In this document: positions 31,493-32,000 of the stretch, one piece after another
Numbering within the stretch: position 1 is the stretch's first letter
How the letters are laid out: the number at the start of each line of letters is the position of its first letter
Notes under the pieces: model-generated
What the model was told of the DNA's origin: nothing
Databases searched by the model: none
The model's input: only the letters and a program-made list of their open reading frames with translations
Origin: Delftia acidovorans NBRC 14950
Lineage (GTDB): Bacteria > Pseudomonadota > Gammaproteobacteria > Burkholderiales > Burkholderiaceae_C
Reading direction: 5' to 3'
Length of the DNA stretch: 32,000 nucleotides
NCBI RefSeq assembly: GCF_001598795.1
Contig: NZ_BCZP01000001.1
Coordinates: 210,001-242,000 of the forward strand
Position numbers and translations under genes: made by a program

Positions 31493-32000
31493 TCAGTGCG
31501 GGGCCGGGCGCGGGTCCGGTCCCTGTTCCGGTTCCGGGTCACGCAGCAGCCACCGCACCTCCTGCGTGGCCTCGCTGTCGGGATGGCGCGCCTGCAGCGT
31601 GGCCAGGATGCCCTGGGCCATGTCCCGGCGCCCGAAGCCCTGCAGCATCAGGCGCGCCGCCAGTTCATAGGCATGGGGCACGGCGGCATGGCCCTTGAAG
31701 CGTTTGTCGAAGCCCGAGATCAGGGTCAGCGTCGCCTGTGCATCGCCCGCGCGCCAGGTGCTGCGCGCCAGGGCCAGTGTCTGGTCGGCATCGTCCAGCG
31801 CAAAGCTCGCTTCCTTGGCGCGGCAGGCCTGGAACACCTTGAGCGCCTCGGCGGTCTGGCCCTGGCGCAGCAGCAGGGCGATGAAGCGCCGGCCGTGGTC
31901 CAGCAGCGTGGCCGTCTTGTCCGACAGCAGCAGCAAGCGGTGGTAGCGGCGCTGGGCATGCGTGTCGTCGGGGTGGGTACGCTGGTCCTCGTAGGCCAGG
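31493..32000 (-). CDS. Hypothetical helical-repeat (TPR-like) protein; the gene continues beyond the window end
   Basis: The reading frame stays open from 31936 to position 32000 with no stop. The sequence is Ala/Leu-rich, with pairs such as QGQTAEALKVFQACRAK. The stop lies at 31493-31495. Confidence 0.45.
   Translation of the reverse strand, partial: LAYEDQRTHPDDTHAQRRYHRLLLLSDKTATLLDHGRRFIALLLRQGQTAEALKVFQACRAKEASFALDDADQTLALARSTWRAGDAQATLTLISGFDKRFKGHAAVPHAYELAARLMLQGFGRRDMAQGILATLQARHPDSEATQEVRWLLRDPEPEQGPDPRPAPH

Overview
High-GC chromosomal window that looks betaproteobacterial, probably Burkholderiales/Comamonadaceae. This placement is an inference from the Bug/TctC-family binding protein, thrB-DUF2782-polA synteny, an AlgZ/AlgR-like pair beside argH, and strong GC3 bias. 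I can support about 24 protein genes: a DEAD-box helicase (5' truncated), a PAS-PAS-GGDEF cyclase, a Bcr/CflA MFS pump, an orphan TRAP binding protein, guaC, uvrD, a DUF4198 protein, Tat-lipoprotein PhoX, a membrane protein, thrB, a DUF2782-like protein, polA, a dienelactone hydrolase, a His-rich ZIP transporter, a Cache-HK/LuxR-RR pair, a lipoprotein RidA, a Tat-exported class-V PLP enzyme, a LytS/LytTR (AlgZ/AlgR-like) pair, argH, a Bug-family binding protein, a rhomboid-TPR fusion and a 3'-edge partial TPR-like gene. There are also three identical tandem tRNA-Lys(CUU) genes and several clear intrinsic terminators. I saw no IS elements, integrases, CRISPR arrays, prophage genes or recognisable defence genes, so most of the window is ordinary core genome. 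The best candidate for an undescribed system is 20475-25179. There a periplasm-sensing Cache histidine kinase and NarL/LuxR regulator sit divergent from a two-gene operon encoding a lipoprotein RidA deaminase and a Tat-signal PLP enzyme, across an unusually long (626 bp) AT-rich region full of repeats. Other points worth a second look are an orphan promoter plus strong intrinsic terminator inside the guaC leader (candidate sRNA or attenuator), Pho boxes upstream of phoX, a purine-rich 12-bp tandem repeat, and a helically phased 10-11-bp repeat array between the algZ-like gene and argH. The many long ORFs antisense to real genes are GC-bias artefacts.
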